The notes below the pieces were generated by a model. It worked only from the letters and a program-made list of their open reading frames with translations. It did not search any database and was not told where the DNA came from. From NCBI GenBank assembly GCA_046340375.1, contig JBKDSZ010000019.1, forward strand, positions 318 through 64,317: a stretch of DNA of 64,000 nucleotides, read 5' to 3'. A program made the position numbers and the translations under genes. Source of the stretch: Cyanobacteriota bacterium (GTDB lineage: Bacteria > Cyanobacteriota > Cyanobacteriia > PCC-6307 > Cyanobiaceae). Shown here one piece after another: positions 37,747-46,075 of the stretch. How positions within the stretch are numbered: position 1 is the first letter of the stretch; each line of letters starts with the position of its first letter.

Positions 37747-38592
37747 TCACCCCTTCACCGCATCCGCGGTCTGCGTCGGCAGGATGGTTCGCTGCAGGGC
37801 GATGAACACAACCAGCACCGGCAGGATGGAGACCACGGACCCGGCGGCCACCAGGCGCCAATCCAGGGAAAAGCTGGAAGCCAACTGCTGCAAACCCAAA
37901 GGCAGAGTGTACATTTTTTGTTCGTCAATGATGATCAGTGGCCAGAGAAAATCGCTCCAGGTTCCGATGAAGGTGAGCATGCCCCGGGTGATCAGATCAG
38001 GGCGCGCCGCTGGGAGCAGCACATTCCACCACTCCCCCGCGGGACTGCAGCCATCAATGCGCGCCGCTTCCTCCAGCTCCCTGGGAACGGAGAGAAAACT
38101 CTGACGCAACAGGAAGATGCCGAAGGCGGTGGTGGCCTGGGGCAGCACAAGAGCCAGCAGCGAATTGCGCAGACCCACCTTCACCATGAGCACATAGAGG
38201 GGAATCATCACCACCTGAAAGGGAATCAGCACGGTGGCGACAATCAGGGCGAGCACGGCGCCCCGGCCGCGAAAGGAGAGGCGGGCCAGCGGATAGGCCG
38301 CCAGGGAGGAAAAGAGGAGATTGGCCACCACCGCCACGCCGCTCACCAGGGTGCTGTTGAGCAGATACGTGCCCATCGGGTTGTCGCGAAACAGGCGGCC
38401 ATAGGCCTCCAGGCTCGGCTGGCTGGGCAGGAGCGCGGGGGGGCTGGTGAAGATGTCTTCGGCGGGACCTTTCAGGGAGGTGCTCACCAGCCAGAGGAGG
38501 GGAAGGAGGGTGAGCAGGGCGAGCAGAAGCAGCAGGCCCAGCTGGAGAGCCGCAGAGAGGAGGGGCTGGCCCGGATCGGGGCGACGTGTCAC
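37747..38592 (-). CDS. Carbohydrate ABC transporter permease (MalG-like)
   Basis: Six TM segments and the EAA loop ([22 protein letters not shown]). No cognate partners lie adjacent. Confidence 0.8.
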   Translation of the reverse strand: MTRRPDPGQPLLSAALQLGLLLLLALLTLLPLLWLVSTSLKGPAEDIFTSPPALLPSQPSLEAYGRLFRDNPMGTYLLNSTLVSGVAVVANLLFSSLAAYPLARLSFRGRGAVLALIVATVLIPFQVVMIPLYVLMVKVGLRNSLLALVLPQATTAFGIFLLRQSFLSVPRELEEAARIDGCSPAGEWWNVLLPAARPDLITRGMLTFIGTWSDFLWPLIIIDEQKMYTLPLGLQQLASSFSLDWRLVAAGSVVSILPVLVVFIALQRTILPTQTADAVKG

Positions 38593-40214
38593 AACCGGGG
38601 CAGCTCCGCCACGGGCAGGGGTGTTTTCTGGGGATGGAGAGGCGACCGCTCGACGCCCGACACCAGCCGGTTGAGGGCATTGACGAAGGCCTGGGCAGCC
38701 GCCACCACGATGTCGGTGTTGGCGGCATGGCCGGAGTAGAGCGTGCCGCCGCGGCGCAGGCGGATGGTGACCTCCCCCATGGCGTCGATGCCCTCGGTGA
38801 CGCTCTTGACGGAGAACTCCACCAGCTCGTTGGGCACGCCGGCCAACTGATTGAGGGCCTGGCAGACGGCATCCACCGGACCCGTGCCGATGGCCGCCTG
38901 ACTCCGCTCCCCGCCCTCGCTGGTTTCCAGCGTGACGGTGGCGGTGGGCAGGAGGCCGGTGCCGCAGCTCACCTGCACCCGCGTGAGCAGGAAGCGGGCC
39001 TCATCTTGCAGCTGCACCTGTTCGCTGACGATCGCCTCCAGATCCCGGTCGCTGACGTCGCGCTTTCGATCCGCCAGCTCCTTGAAGCGGCCGAAGGCTT
39101 CATCCAGGTCGGCCCGATCGAGGTGGTAGCCCAGCTCTTCCAGGCGAGCCCGAAAGGCGCTGCGGCCGGAGAGCTTGCCCAGGGAGAGGCGATTATCGGT
39201 CAAGCCGATGGTGCGCGCGTCGATGATCTCGTAGGTGAGGCGATTCTTGAGCACGCCGTCCTGGTGGATGCCCGATTCATGGGCGAAGGCATTGGCTCCA
39301 ACAATGGCCTTGTTGGGTTGCACGGCCATGCCGGTGAGTTTGGACACCAGACGAGAGGTTTTGGTGATCTCCTCGGTGCGCACTGCCGTGAGGGGTTCCG
39401 TACTTTCGGGCGGGCGCGCCAGAAAGGGATTGAAATAGGAGCGGCGCACGTGCAGCGCCATCACGAGCTCCTCCAGGGAAGCGTTGCCAGCCCGCTCGCC
39501 GATGCCGTTGATCGTGCACTCCAACTGGCGGGCCCCATGCTTGACGGCCTCAAGGAAGTTGGCCACGGCCAGGCCGAGGTCGTTGTGGCCATGGACGGAG
39601 ATCACCGCCTGGTCGATGTTGGGCACCGCACGGTTGATGCCGGCGATCAGGGCGCCGAATTCCGAGGGGGTGGCATAACCCACGGTGTCGGGAATGTTGA
39701 TGGTGGTGGCGCCGGCCTCGATCGCCGCCGTGATCACCTCGTGCATGTAGGCGGGATCGCTGCGCCCGGCGTCCTCGCAGGAGAATTCCACGTCGTCCAC
39801 CAGGGAGCGGGCGTAGGCCACCATGTCGCGGGTGATCTCCAGCACCTCCGCCCGGGTTTTGCGCAGCTTGTGCTCCAGGTGGATGTCGCTGGTGGCGATG
39901 AAGGTGTGGATGCGACGGCGGGCGGCCGGGGTGACGGCAGCGGCGCAAGCTTTGATGTCGCCCGGGGCAGCCCTGGCCAGGCCGCAGATCACCGGTCCCT
40001 CGGGCGTGCCGACGAGGGAGGCAATGCGCTGCACGGCGTTGAAGTCGCCGGAGCTGGCAAAGGGGAAGCCAGCCTCGATGATGTCCACCCCCAGGCGGGC
40101 GAGCTGCTGGGCGATGGCGAGCTTCTCCTCCAGGTTGAGACTGGCTCCTGGAGATTGCTCGCCATCCCGGAGGGTGGTGTCAAAGATCAGGACGCGGCCG
40201 GGATCGCGGGCCAT
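38589..40214 (-). CDS. leuA: 2-isopropylmalate synthase
   Basis: [29 protein letters not shown] and a C-terminal LeuA dimerisation/regulatory domain; 541 aa. Confidence 0.95.
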   Translation of the reverse strand: MARDPGRVLIFDTTLRDGEQSPGASLNLEEKLAIAQQLARLGVDIIEAGFPFASSGDFNAVQRIASLVGTPEGPVICGLARAAPGDIKACAAAVTPAARRRIHTFIATSDIHLEHKLRKTRAEVLEITRDMVAYARSLVDDVEFSCEDAGRSDPAYMHEVITAAIEAGATTINIPDTVGYATPSEFGALIAGINRAVPNIDQAVISVHGHNDLGLAVANFLEAVKHGARQLECTINGIGERAGNASLEELVMALHVRRSYFNPFLARPPESTEPLTAVRTEEITKTSRLVSKLTGMAVQPNKAIVGANAFAHESGIHQDGVLKNRLTYEIIDARTIGLTDNRLSLGKLSGRSAFRARLEELGYHLDRADLDEAFGRFKELADRKRDVSDRDLEAIVSEQVQLQDEARFLLTRVQVSCGTGLLPTATVTLETSEGGERSQAAIGTGPVDAVCQALNQLAGVPNELVEFSVKSVTEGIDAMGEVTIRLRRGGTLYSGHAANTDIVVAAAQAFVNALNRLVSGVERSPLHPQKTPLPVAELPRL

Positions 40215-40385
40215 GGGAGGCAGAGGGACCGTAAAACGGAGTGACTATGAGTTAACCCATTGTAGGGGGAGCCGTGAAGGGCTCAGGCCAGGCGAGCCAC
40301 GCCGTGTCCTGTTCCCTGGCGGATTCCGCGGTGTCCCCGGGGCCGGTCCCTCAGCGCCGTAAAGTTCCCTCACCGCAGGAACTCC

Positions 40386-41951
40386 ATGGCCGCAGGAGCT
40401 TTGGCCCTGGTGCTCCACGCCCACCTCCCCTACGTTCGCTCCGGAGAGGCGGGTTCCCTGGAGGAAGACTGGTATTTCCAGGCCCTGCAGGAGTGCTACC
40501 TGCCCTTGTTGCGCGTCCTGGAAGCGGCCCGGGCGGATCCGGCCCAGCGCCCCCGCATCACCATCGGCCTGTCGCCAACCCTGCTCTCCCTGCTCAGTGA
40601 CGACACCCTGAACCAGGGGTTCCTTCCCTGGCTGCGGGTGCGGCGCGAGCTGCTCGACGACGCCCCCGCCGACCTGCGGGAGCCCGCCGCAGCCCTGGCC
40701 GAGGAGCTGGACACGGTGGCGCGCGAGTGGCGGGAGTGCGACGGTCGGTTGCTGGAGCGGTTCCGTCTCCTGCGGAACGCGGGGGTGGTCGATCTGATCA
40801 CCTGCGCCGCCACCCACGGCTATCTGCCCCTGCTACGCGACTCCCCCGAAGCGGTGCGCGCCCAACTGCTCACCGCCGTCCGTGAGCATCAGCGCCTGCT
40901 CGGGGAACGCCCTCTGGGCATCTGGCTGCCGGAATGTGCCTATTACGAAGGCCTCGATCAGCTGCTGCTCTCCTGTGGCCTGCGCTACAGCCTGCTCGAT
41001 GGCCATGGCCTGCTGCATGCCCAGCCCCGTCCCCGCTACGGCGTCTACGCACCGATCTGCTCCCCCGCCGGGGTGGCCTTCTTCGGGCGCGACAGCGCCT
41101 CCACCCTGCCGGTGTGGAGCGCCAGCCAGGGCTATCCCGGCGATGGGGTCTATCGGGAATTCCATCGCGATCTGGGTTGGGATCTGCCCGAAGACCAGCT
41201 CCGCGCCCTCGGCATCGGCAGCCGACGCCCCCTCGGCCTGAAGCTGCACCGGGTGACCGCCCAGGGCTGCCCCCTGGAACACAAGCAGCCCTACAAGCCC
41301 TCCCAGGCCGGGAGCCGGGTGGCGGAGCATGCCGCCGCCTATCTGCGCAGCCGGGTGGACCAGCTGCATGGGCTGACCAGGACCATCGAGCGCCCGCCCC
41401 TGCTCGTGGCACCGTTCGACGCGGAGCTGTTCGGCCACTGGTGGTTCGAGGGCCCCCGCTTTCTCGGGGAGCTTTTCCGCCAGGGCCCCGCCGTGGAGGC
41501 GAGCTTCACCCATCTGCGGGAGGTGCTGGCTGAGGGCCTGCCCCTGCAGGTGTGTCACCCCTCCCCCTCCAGCTGGGGCCAGGGTGGTTATCACGACTAC
41601 TGGCTCAATGACAGCAACGCCTGGGTCGTGCCGGAGTGGCAGCGGGCGTCCCGGGCGATGGTGCGGCGGGTGAACCGCGGCGTGGGAAGCGCGGAACAGC
41701 GCCGCTGGCTCACCCAGGCGGGCCGGGAGCTGCTCCTGGCCCAGAGTTCCGACTGGAGCTTCATCCTGCGGGCCGGCACCACGACGGAACTGGCGCGGGA
41801 GCGCATCCATCGCCACCTCGACCGCTTCTGGCGCCTGATGGACGCCATCGAACAGCACACCCCCCTCCCCCCCCGCTGGGTGCAGGCGGTGGAACGGGAG
41901 GACGGCCTCTTTCCCACCCTCAACGCTGCGGATTGGACCACCCGGCCCTGA
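40386..41951 (+). CDS. GH57-family 1,4-alpha-glucan branching enzyme
   Basis: ALVLHAHLPYVR...EDWYFQALQECYLPLL...ATHGYLPLL...WLPECAY shows the GH57 / DUF1957 architecture. Confidence 0.85.
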   Translation: MAAGALALVLHAHLPYVRSGEAGSLEEDWYFQALQECYLPLLRVLEAARADPAQRPRITIGLSPTLLSLLSDDTLNQGFLPWLRVRRELLDDAPADLREPAAALAEELDTVAREWRECDGRLLERFRLLRNAGVVDLITCAATHGYLPLLRDSPEAVRAQLLTAVREHQRLLGERPLGIWLPECAYYEGLDQLLLSCGLRYSLLDGHGLLHAQPRPRYGVYAPICSPAGVAFFGRDSASTLPVWSASQGYPGDGVYREFHRDLGWDLPEDQLRALGIGSRRPLGLKLHRVTAQGCPLEHKQPYKPSQAGSRVAEHAAAYLRSRVDQLHGLTRTIERPPLLVAPFDAELFGHWWFEGPRFLGELFRQGPAVEASFTHLREVLAEGLPLQVCHPSPSSWGQGGYHDYWLNDSNAWVVPEWQRASRAMVRRVNRGVGSAEQRRWLTQAGRELLLAQSSDWSFILRAGTTTELARERIHRHLDRFWRLMDAIEQHTPLPPRWVQAVEREDGLFPTLNAADWTTRP

Positions 41952-42054
41952 GCCACCAGCTGATCCCAACGGATCCCAGCGGAGACGGGCTGGCGCGTCA
42001 CGGGGTTGATGCTGTGTAGCGTGCGTCACCACTGCTTTCGCGTCAGGGCGCCCC

Positions 42055-42756
42055 ATGAGTCCAGGCCTGTTCACCCAGTCGTCGTTGTTCGGCATCGGCA
42101 TCGCCTTCAGCCCGCTGCACATCGGCGTGGTGACCCTGCTGCTGCTGGGCCGCGCGCCCCTGCGCCGATCATTCGCCTATGTGCTCGGCTGGACGCTGGC
42201 AAACGTGCTGGCGGTGGCCTTGCTTCTGCTCCTTGGCAGCCACTTCGCCCTGACCCTCGCCCATGGGGAGCGGGAGCAGGTGTTGATTGACCTGGTGGGT
42301 GCCGGGGGGCTGCTGGCTCTGGGGCTCTATCAGCTCACGCCCCAGGCCACCATCGGCGAGGAGGGCATGGCCCTGCGGCTGATGACGCGCCTGCCGGACT
42401 TCAGCGACGGCGTGCTGGTGGCGATCGGTGCCGCTGGCGCGCTGCTGACGCCGGAAAATCTGGTCTTTTATCTCAAAGAAGCCGGGCTCATGCTGGTGAA
42501 CCACCCTGGCCTCTCCGCCGATCTGGAGCTCACCAGCCTCTACGCGCTGATGGCCAGCTCCCTGCTGCTGCTGCCTCCCCTGGCCTGGATCTGGAGCCGG
42601 GGGGGCATCCGTGCCGCCATCGAACGCTTGGAGGATTGGTTGCAGCATCGGGCCGAGCCCCTGGTTGGAGTTTTGGCCCTGCTGATTTCTGCCTATCTGT
42701 TTTACGAGGGGATTCACGGGATGGAGGTGATGGCGGGGGGAATCGCTGGAGCGTGA
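42055..42756 (+). CDS. Multi-pass membrane protein, GAP/Sap-like family (paralogue of 29663..30409)
   Basis: Hydrophobic segments. The N-terminus GIGIAFSPLHIGVVTLLLLGRAPLRRS parallels that of ORF 29663..30409. Confidence 0.45.
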   Translation: MSPGLFTQSSLFGIGIAFSPLHIGVVTLLLLGRAPLRRSFAYVLGWTLANVLAVALLLLLGSHFALTLAHGEREQVLIDLVGAGGLLALGLYQLTPQATIGEEGMALRLMTRLPDFSDGVLVAIGAAGALLTPENLVFYLKEAGLMLVNHPGLSADLELTSLYALMASSLLLLPPLAWIWSRGGIRAAIERLEDWLQHRAEPLVGVLALLISAYLFYEGIHGMEVMAGGIAGA

Positions 42757-43053
42757 GGTTGCGCTCAGGCTGATGGAATCGCACCCGCGAGAGACCACCT
42801 TGATCCGGCTCTGACGAATCCCCAACAGGATGGGCGTCCTCTGAGAACCGACACGGCCATCTCTGCTGCCCATCGGGGACCCGTCTCTCAAAGCCCCTCT
42901 TGGAGGCTTTAAGACTGGCAGATGAAGTTGAGATGGAAACTCCTGGCCTGGAGTGCTCAAGCCCCAAGGGCTGGCCCGGCAGAACCAGCAGCCTGCGACG
43001 CTGAAGATCATCGCGTTGCACGCAACCCACTTCGATGAAGGAGAGGGGACGGG

Positions 43054-43236
43054 ATGACTGAAACACTGAGCTCAAGAGGAGACATCCCTCACGTCGCCCT
43101 TCATGGCACTCGTGATTTGAAAATGTATTGTTGGACGAACGGAAGGCAAGATAGTCGCCTGATTATTGGTCAGTTCAGGGCTGTTGACAAGAATCGGACG
43201 ATCAAACATGACCGAGTTGAATTGTTGGCATATTGA
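43054..43236 (+). CDS. Putative small ORF (60 codons) in the AT-rich spacer
   Basis: The ATG is preceded by GAAGGAGAGGGGACGGG (Shine-Dalgarno-like). There is no recognisable similarity, so it may be non-coding. Confidence 0.2.
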   Translation: MTETLSSRGDIPHVALHGTRDLKMYCWTNGRQDSRLIIGQFRAVDKNRTIKHDRVELLAY

Positions 43237-43635
43237 TTGAAGTGCCAAGTGTTATGCAGGCCATTTTTACTTTGCAACAGCCTATCTGATAGTCAGATCA
43301 GATCGGGAGCATCAGACGACCCAACAACATTTCATGGCATCAGTTGTTTGGCGAAACTCTTGTCCGCAAGAATTTGCAGCCTATCAGCACGGAATCGTTT
43401 TCAGGTCAGTGACATGGATGTCAACGCAAGCAACACGCTTCGGAACACGAGAGCTGACTTTCAGAAGAATGAGATCTCAGTCCTGACAGAGGGACTTGTT
43501 CAGACTATGGGCCTGAGGGACCGAGGGGGCGAATGACTTGTCTTCGCGTTGTCCTGTGGTGACAGCTTCAACACGCAAGACTGTCCCGAGTCCATCCTGA
43601 CGGCTGTTCAGCTGCGCTGCTGCAAACACTTGAAA

Positions 43636-45204
43636 TCAGCCATGATCTGCACCCTTCTCCAGTCCCTCCTCCTGCTCCACTTCCAAAGTGGCAAAAAGGC
43701 TTTCCACGGCATCGCGGCTCTCCTCCAATTCGTGGCTGGCCAGCCGATGCGTTGTCGCGTTGTTCACCACCAGCCGTGCCTGTCGTCCGCCGCTCGTTTC
43801 GGCGGCGGTGACCGTGAGGATGCCGTTGAGATCAAAGCTGAATTGCACGTCGATCGACACCTCGCCTGCGGGTTTGGGGGGCAAACCTTCCACATCAAAG
43901 GATCCAAGCGGCACATTTTCCCGCGCACTCAGATTCTCGCCCTGGGACACCTCCACCCGCACATACCTCTGGTTGTCAACAGTGGTGCGATACAGCTTGG
44001 AGCGGGTGACGGGAATCACCGTATTGCGGGGGATGATCGCACTGAAGAGATTGGGGATCAGGCCGAATTCCGTCTCCATCGCTGTGGCGATACCCAGGGA
44101 ATGGGGGGTCACATCCACCAGAAACGTATCCACCTCCTCTCCGTTCAACACCCCCGCCTGCAGCGCCGCTCCAAGCGCCACGCAGCGATCCGGCTCAAAT
44201 CCACTCACCGGCACCCCCTCCAGGTGCTTCTCCACCACCTCCAGCACCAAGGGGATGCGGGTGGAGCCACCCACCAGAATCACCCGATCCAGTTGGGCGG
44301 GCTCGAGGCCGGCATCCGACAGTGCCCGGTCGATCGCCGTCAGCGTCTCCCCCAGCAATGGACGGATCAGGTCTTCAAAATCCTCCCGCGTCAGCGCGGT
44401 ATCGAGGTGCAGAGGCGTGTCGCCCTGGCGGTGAAGGTAGGCCTCCTTCACGGCCACCTGGCTACGCTCGCTCAATTGAATCTTGGCCCGCTCCGCCGTT
44501 TGCAGCAGGCGGGCCTCCAGAGCCGCCTCCGCCGGCAGCGGCACCCCGTGGGCCTCCTCGAAACGCTCGGCCAACAGGCGCTGCACCAAACGGTCGAAAT
44601 CATCCCCCCCCAAGCGGTTGTTGCCATGGCTGGCCAGCACCTCCGTCACCGGACCGGTGATCTCCACCACCGACACATCAAACGTGCCGCCTCCCAGGTC
44701 GTAAACCAGCAGCCGCTGGCTCTCTTCATCGCGCCGGTCGTACACCAGAGCCGCGGCGGTGGGTTCGTTGAGACTTTGAAGCACCTCCAGCCCCGCAATC
44801 TCGCCCGCCTCCTTGGTGGCCTGCCGCTGCGCGTCCGTGAAGTAGGCCGGCACCGTGATCACCGCCTGGCTCACCGTGGCCTCCAGTGCCGTTTCCGCCC
44901 GCGACTTGAGCGCCCGCAGGATGAGGGCGGAGATCTCCTGCGGCCGATAGGTCACCTCCCCCAACGCCACCCGGGTGTCGCTGCCCATCTGCCGCTTGAT
45001 CGAGCGAACCGTGCGCTCCGGCGCCGCGGCGTACTGCCGTTGGGCGGACTGCCCCACCAGCAGCTGCCCCTCGGTGTTCACTCCCACCACCGAGGGCAGA
45101 AGCACCTCCCCCGCCTCATCCGGGATCACCCAGGGCTGACCGTCTTCCAGCGCCGCCACCAGGGAGTTGGTGGTGCCCAGATCAATGCCGACAACCGTGG
45201 CCAT
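43636..45204 (-). CDS. Hsp70-family ATPase lacking the C-terminal helical lid (DnaK paralogue)
   Basis: VGIDLGTTNS, DLGGGTFDVS, LVGGSTRIP, the linker FLVDVTPHSLG and a beta-sandwich SBD are present. The protein ends about 40 aa after the SBD (522 aa). Confidence 0.85.
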   Translation of the reverse strand: MATVVGIDLGTTNSLVAALEDGQPWVIPDEAGEVLLPSVVGVNTEGQLLVGQSAQRQYAAAPERTVRSIKRQMGSDTRVALGEVTYRPQEISALILRALKSRAETALEATVSQAVITVPAYFTDAQRQATKEAGEIAGLEVLQSLNEPTAAALVYDRRDEESQRLLVYDLGGGTFDVSVVEITGPVTEVLASHGNNRLGGDDFDRLVQRLLAERFEEAHGVPLPAEAALEARLLQTAERAKIQLSERSQVAVKEAYLHRQGDTPLHLDTALTREDFEDLIRPLLGETLTAIDRALSDAGLEPAQLDRVILVGGSTRIPLVLEVVEKHLEGVPVSGFEPDRCVALGAALQAGVLNGEEVDTFLVDVTPHSLGIATAMETEFGLIPNLFSAIIPRNTVIPVTRSKLYRTTVDNQRYVRVEVSQGENLSARENVPLGSFDVEGLPPKPAGEVSIDVQFSFDLNGILTVTAAETSGGRQARLVVNNATTHRLASHELEESRDAVESLFATLEVEQEEGLEKGADHG

Positions 45205-45255
45205 GGAGGGGAAAGAGGAGAGAGGGATCGGTTTGGAGCGGGGTTGTGGCGCGTC

Positions 45256-45783
45256 TCAGGGACCTGACACCAGCACTTGGGCTTCCCGCAGGAGGCTCTG
45301 CCGCCAGACATAACCGCGCACCGCCTCCTCCACCACAAGGCCGGCCGCCATGCCGGCGGGAGCCGGCCGCTGGCCAAGGGCTCGCATCCGCTCGGGGTCA
45401 AAGGGAAGCCCCACGCTGTCGAAGGGCTCCAGCCCATGGCTGCGCAGGGCCTCCAGCAAGTTCGAGCGAATCAGCTGGATTCCTTCGTCGGCGCTGCGGG
45501 CCAGGCTCGCGGATGTCTCCACGACCGGGGCCAACGAGGGTGCAGGCGGCCTGAACAGCCAGCGCCGCAGGCGCTGCCAAGGACCCCGCGGCGCAGGCAC
45601 CGCCGTGCTCGGGGCGGCGGCCTGGTGCAGGCCATCGAGCACCTGCCGCCAGTGGGCATCCGCCCGGTCGAGGGCATCGAGCACCGGCAGCAGATCCCGC
45701 ACCAAGGCCTCCTGCTGTTGCCGCAGCTGGCTCTGGAGCTGGGCGCGTTCTCGGGGTGAGGTCATCGGGTGGGGGGGATTCAA
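45256..45783 (-). CDS. GrpE-like nucleotide exchange factor (short)
   Basis: LVRDLLPVLDALDRA...GLEPFDSVGLPFDPERMRALG...VRGYVWRQSLLREAQVLVS follows the GrpE C-terminal pattern; 175 aa. Confidence 0.7.
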   Translation of the reverse strand: MNPPHPMTSPRERAQLQSQLRQQQEALVRDLLPVLDALDRADAHWRQVLDGLHQAAAPSTAVPAPRGPWQRLRRWLFRPPAPSLAPVVETSASLARSADEGIQLIRSNLLEALRSHGLEPFDSVGLPFDPERMRALGQRPAPAGMAAGLVVEEAVRGYVWRQSLLREAQVLVSGP

Positions 45784-46073
45784 AAGGTGAGGCGCAGCAG
45801 ATCCGTCAGGCTCAAGCGGCAGCTGGCGTGCACCCGGGCCTCCAAGGCCGCCAACACCTCCGGGTCAAGCCGTTCCCGAGGCGGGCCGGGCTTCAAGGGA
45901 TCGGCCCGATGCTCCCCGGCGGCGCGGATCGCCTCGTAGGCGGCGCGGATCTGCTGAAATTCCCGTGGATGGCTGTGGGCCGGGAACCGCCGCAACTGGC
46001 GGTGGTAGGCCGCCTTGAGCTCGGCGGGCGTGGCCTCCGGGGGGATCGCGAGCAGGGCATAGGGGTCGGCCAT
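45780..46073 (-). CDS. Small J-like domain protein (non-canonical HPD region)
   Basis: DPYALLAIPPEATPAELKAAYHRQLRRFPAHSHPREFQQIRAAYEAI has the J-domain helices I-III pattern, but with HPR/FPA instead of HPD; 97 aa. Confidence 0.6.
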   Translation of the reverse strand: MADPYALLAIPPEATPAELKAAYHRQLRRFPAHSHPREFQQIRAAYEAIRAAGEHRADPLKPGPPRERLDPEVLAALEARVHASCRLSLTDLLRLTF

Positions 46074-46075
46074 GG

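Noticed and set aside
38586-40244. 552-aa plus-strand ORF
   Set aside because: It is antisense to leuA.
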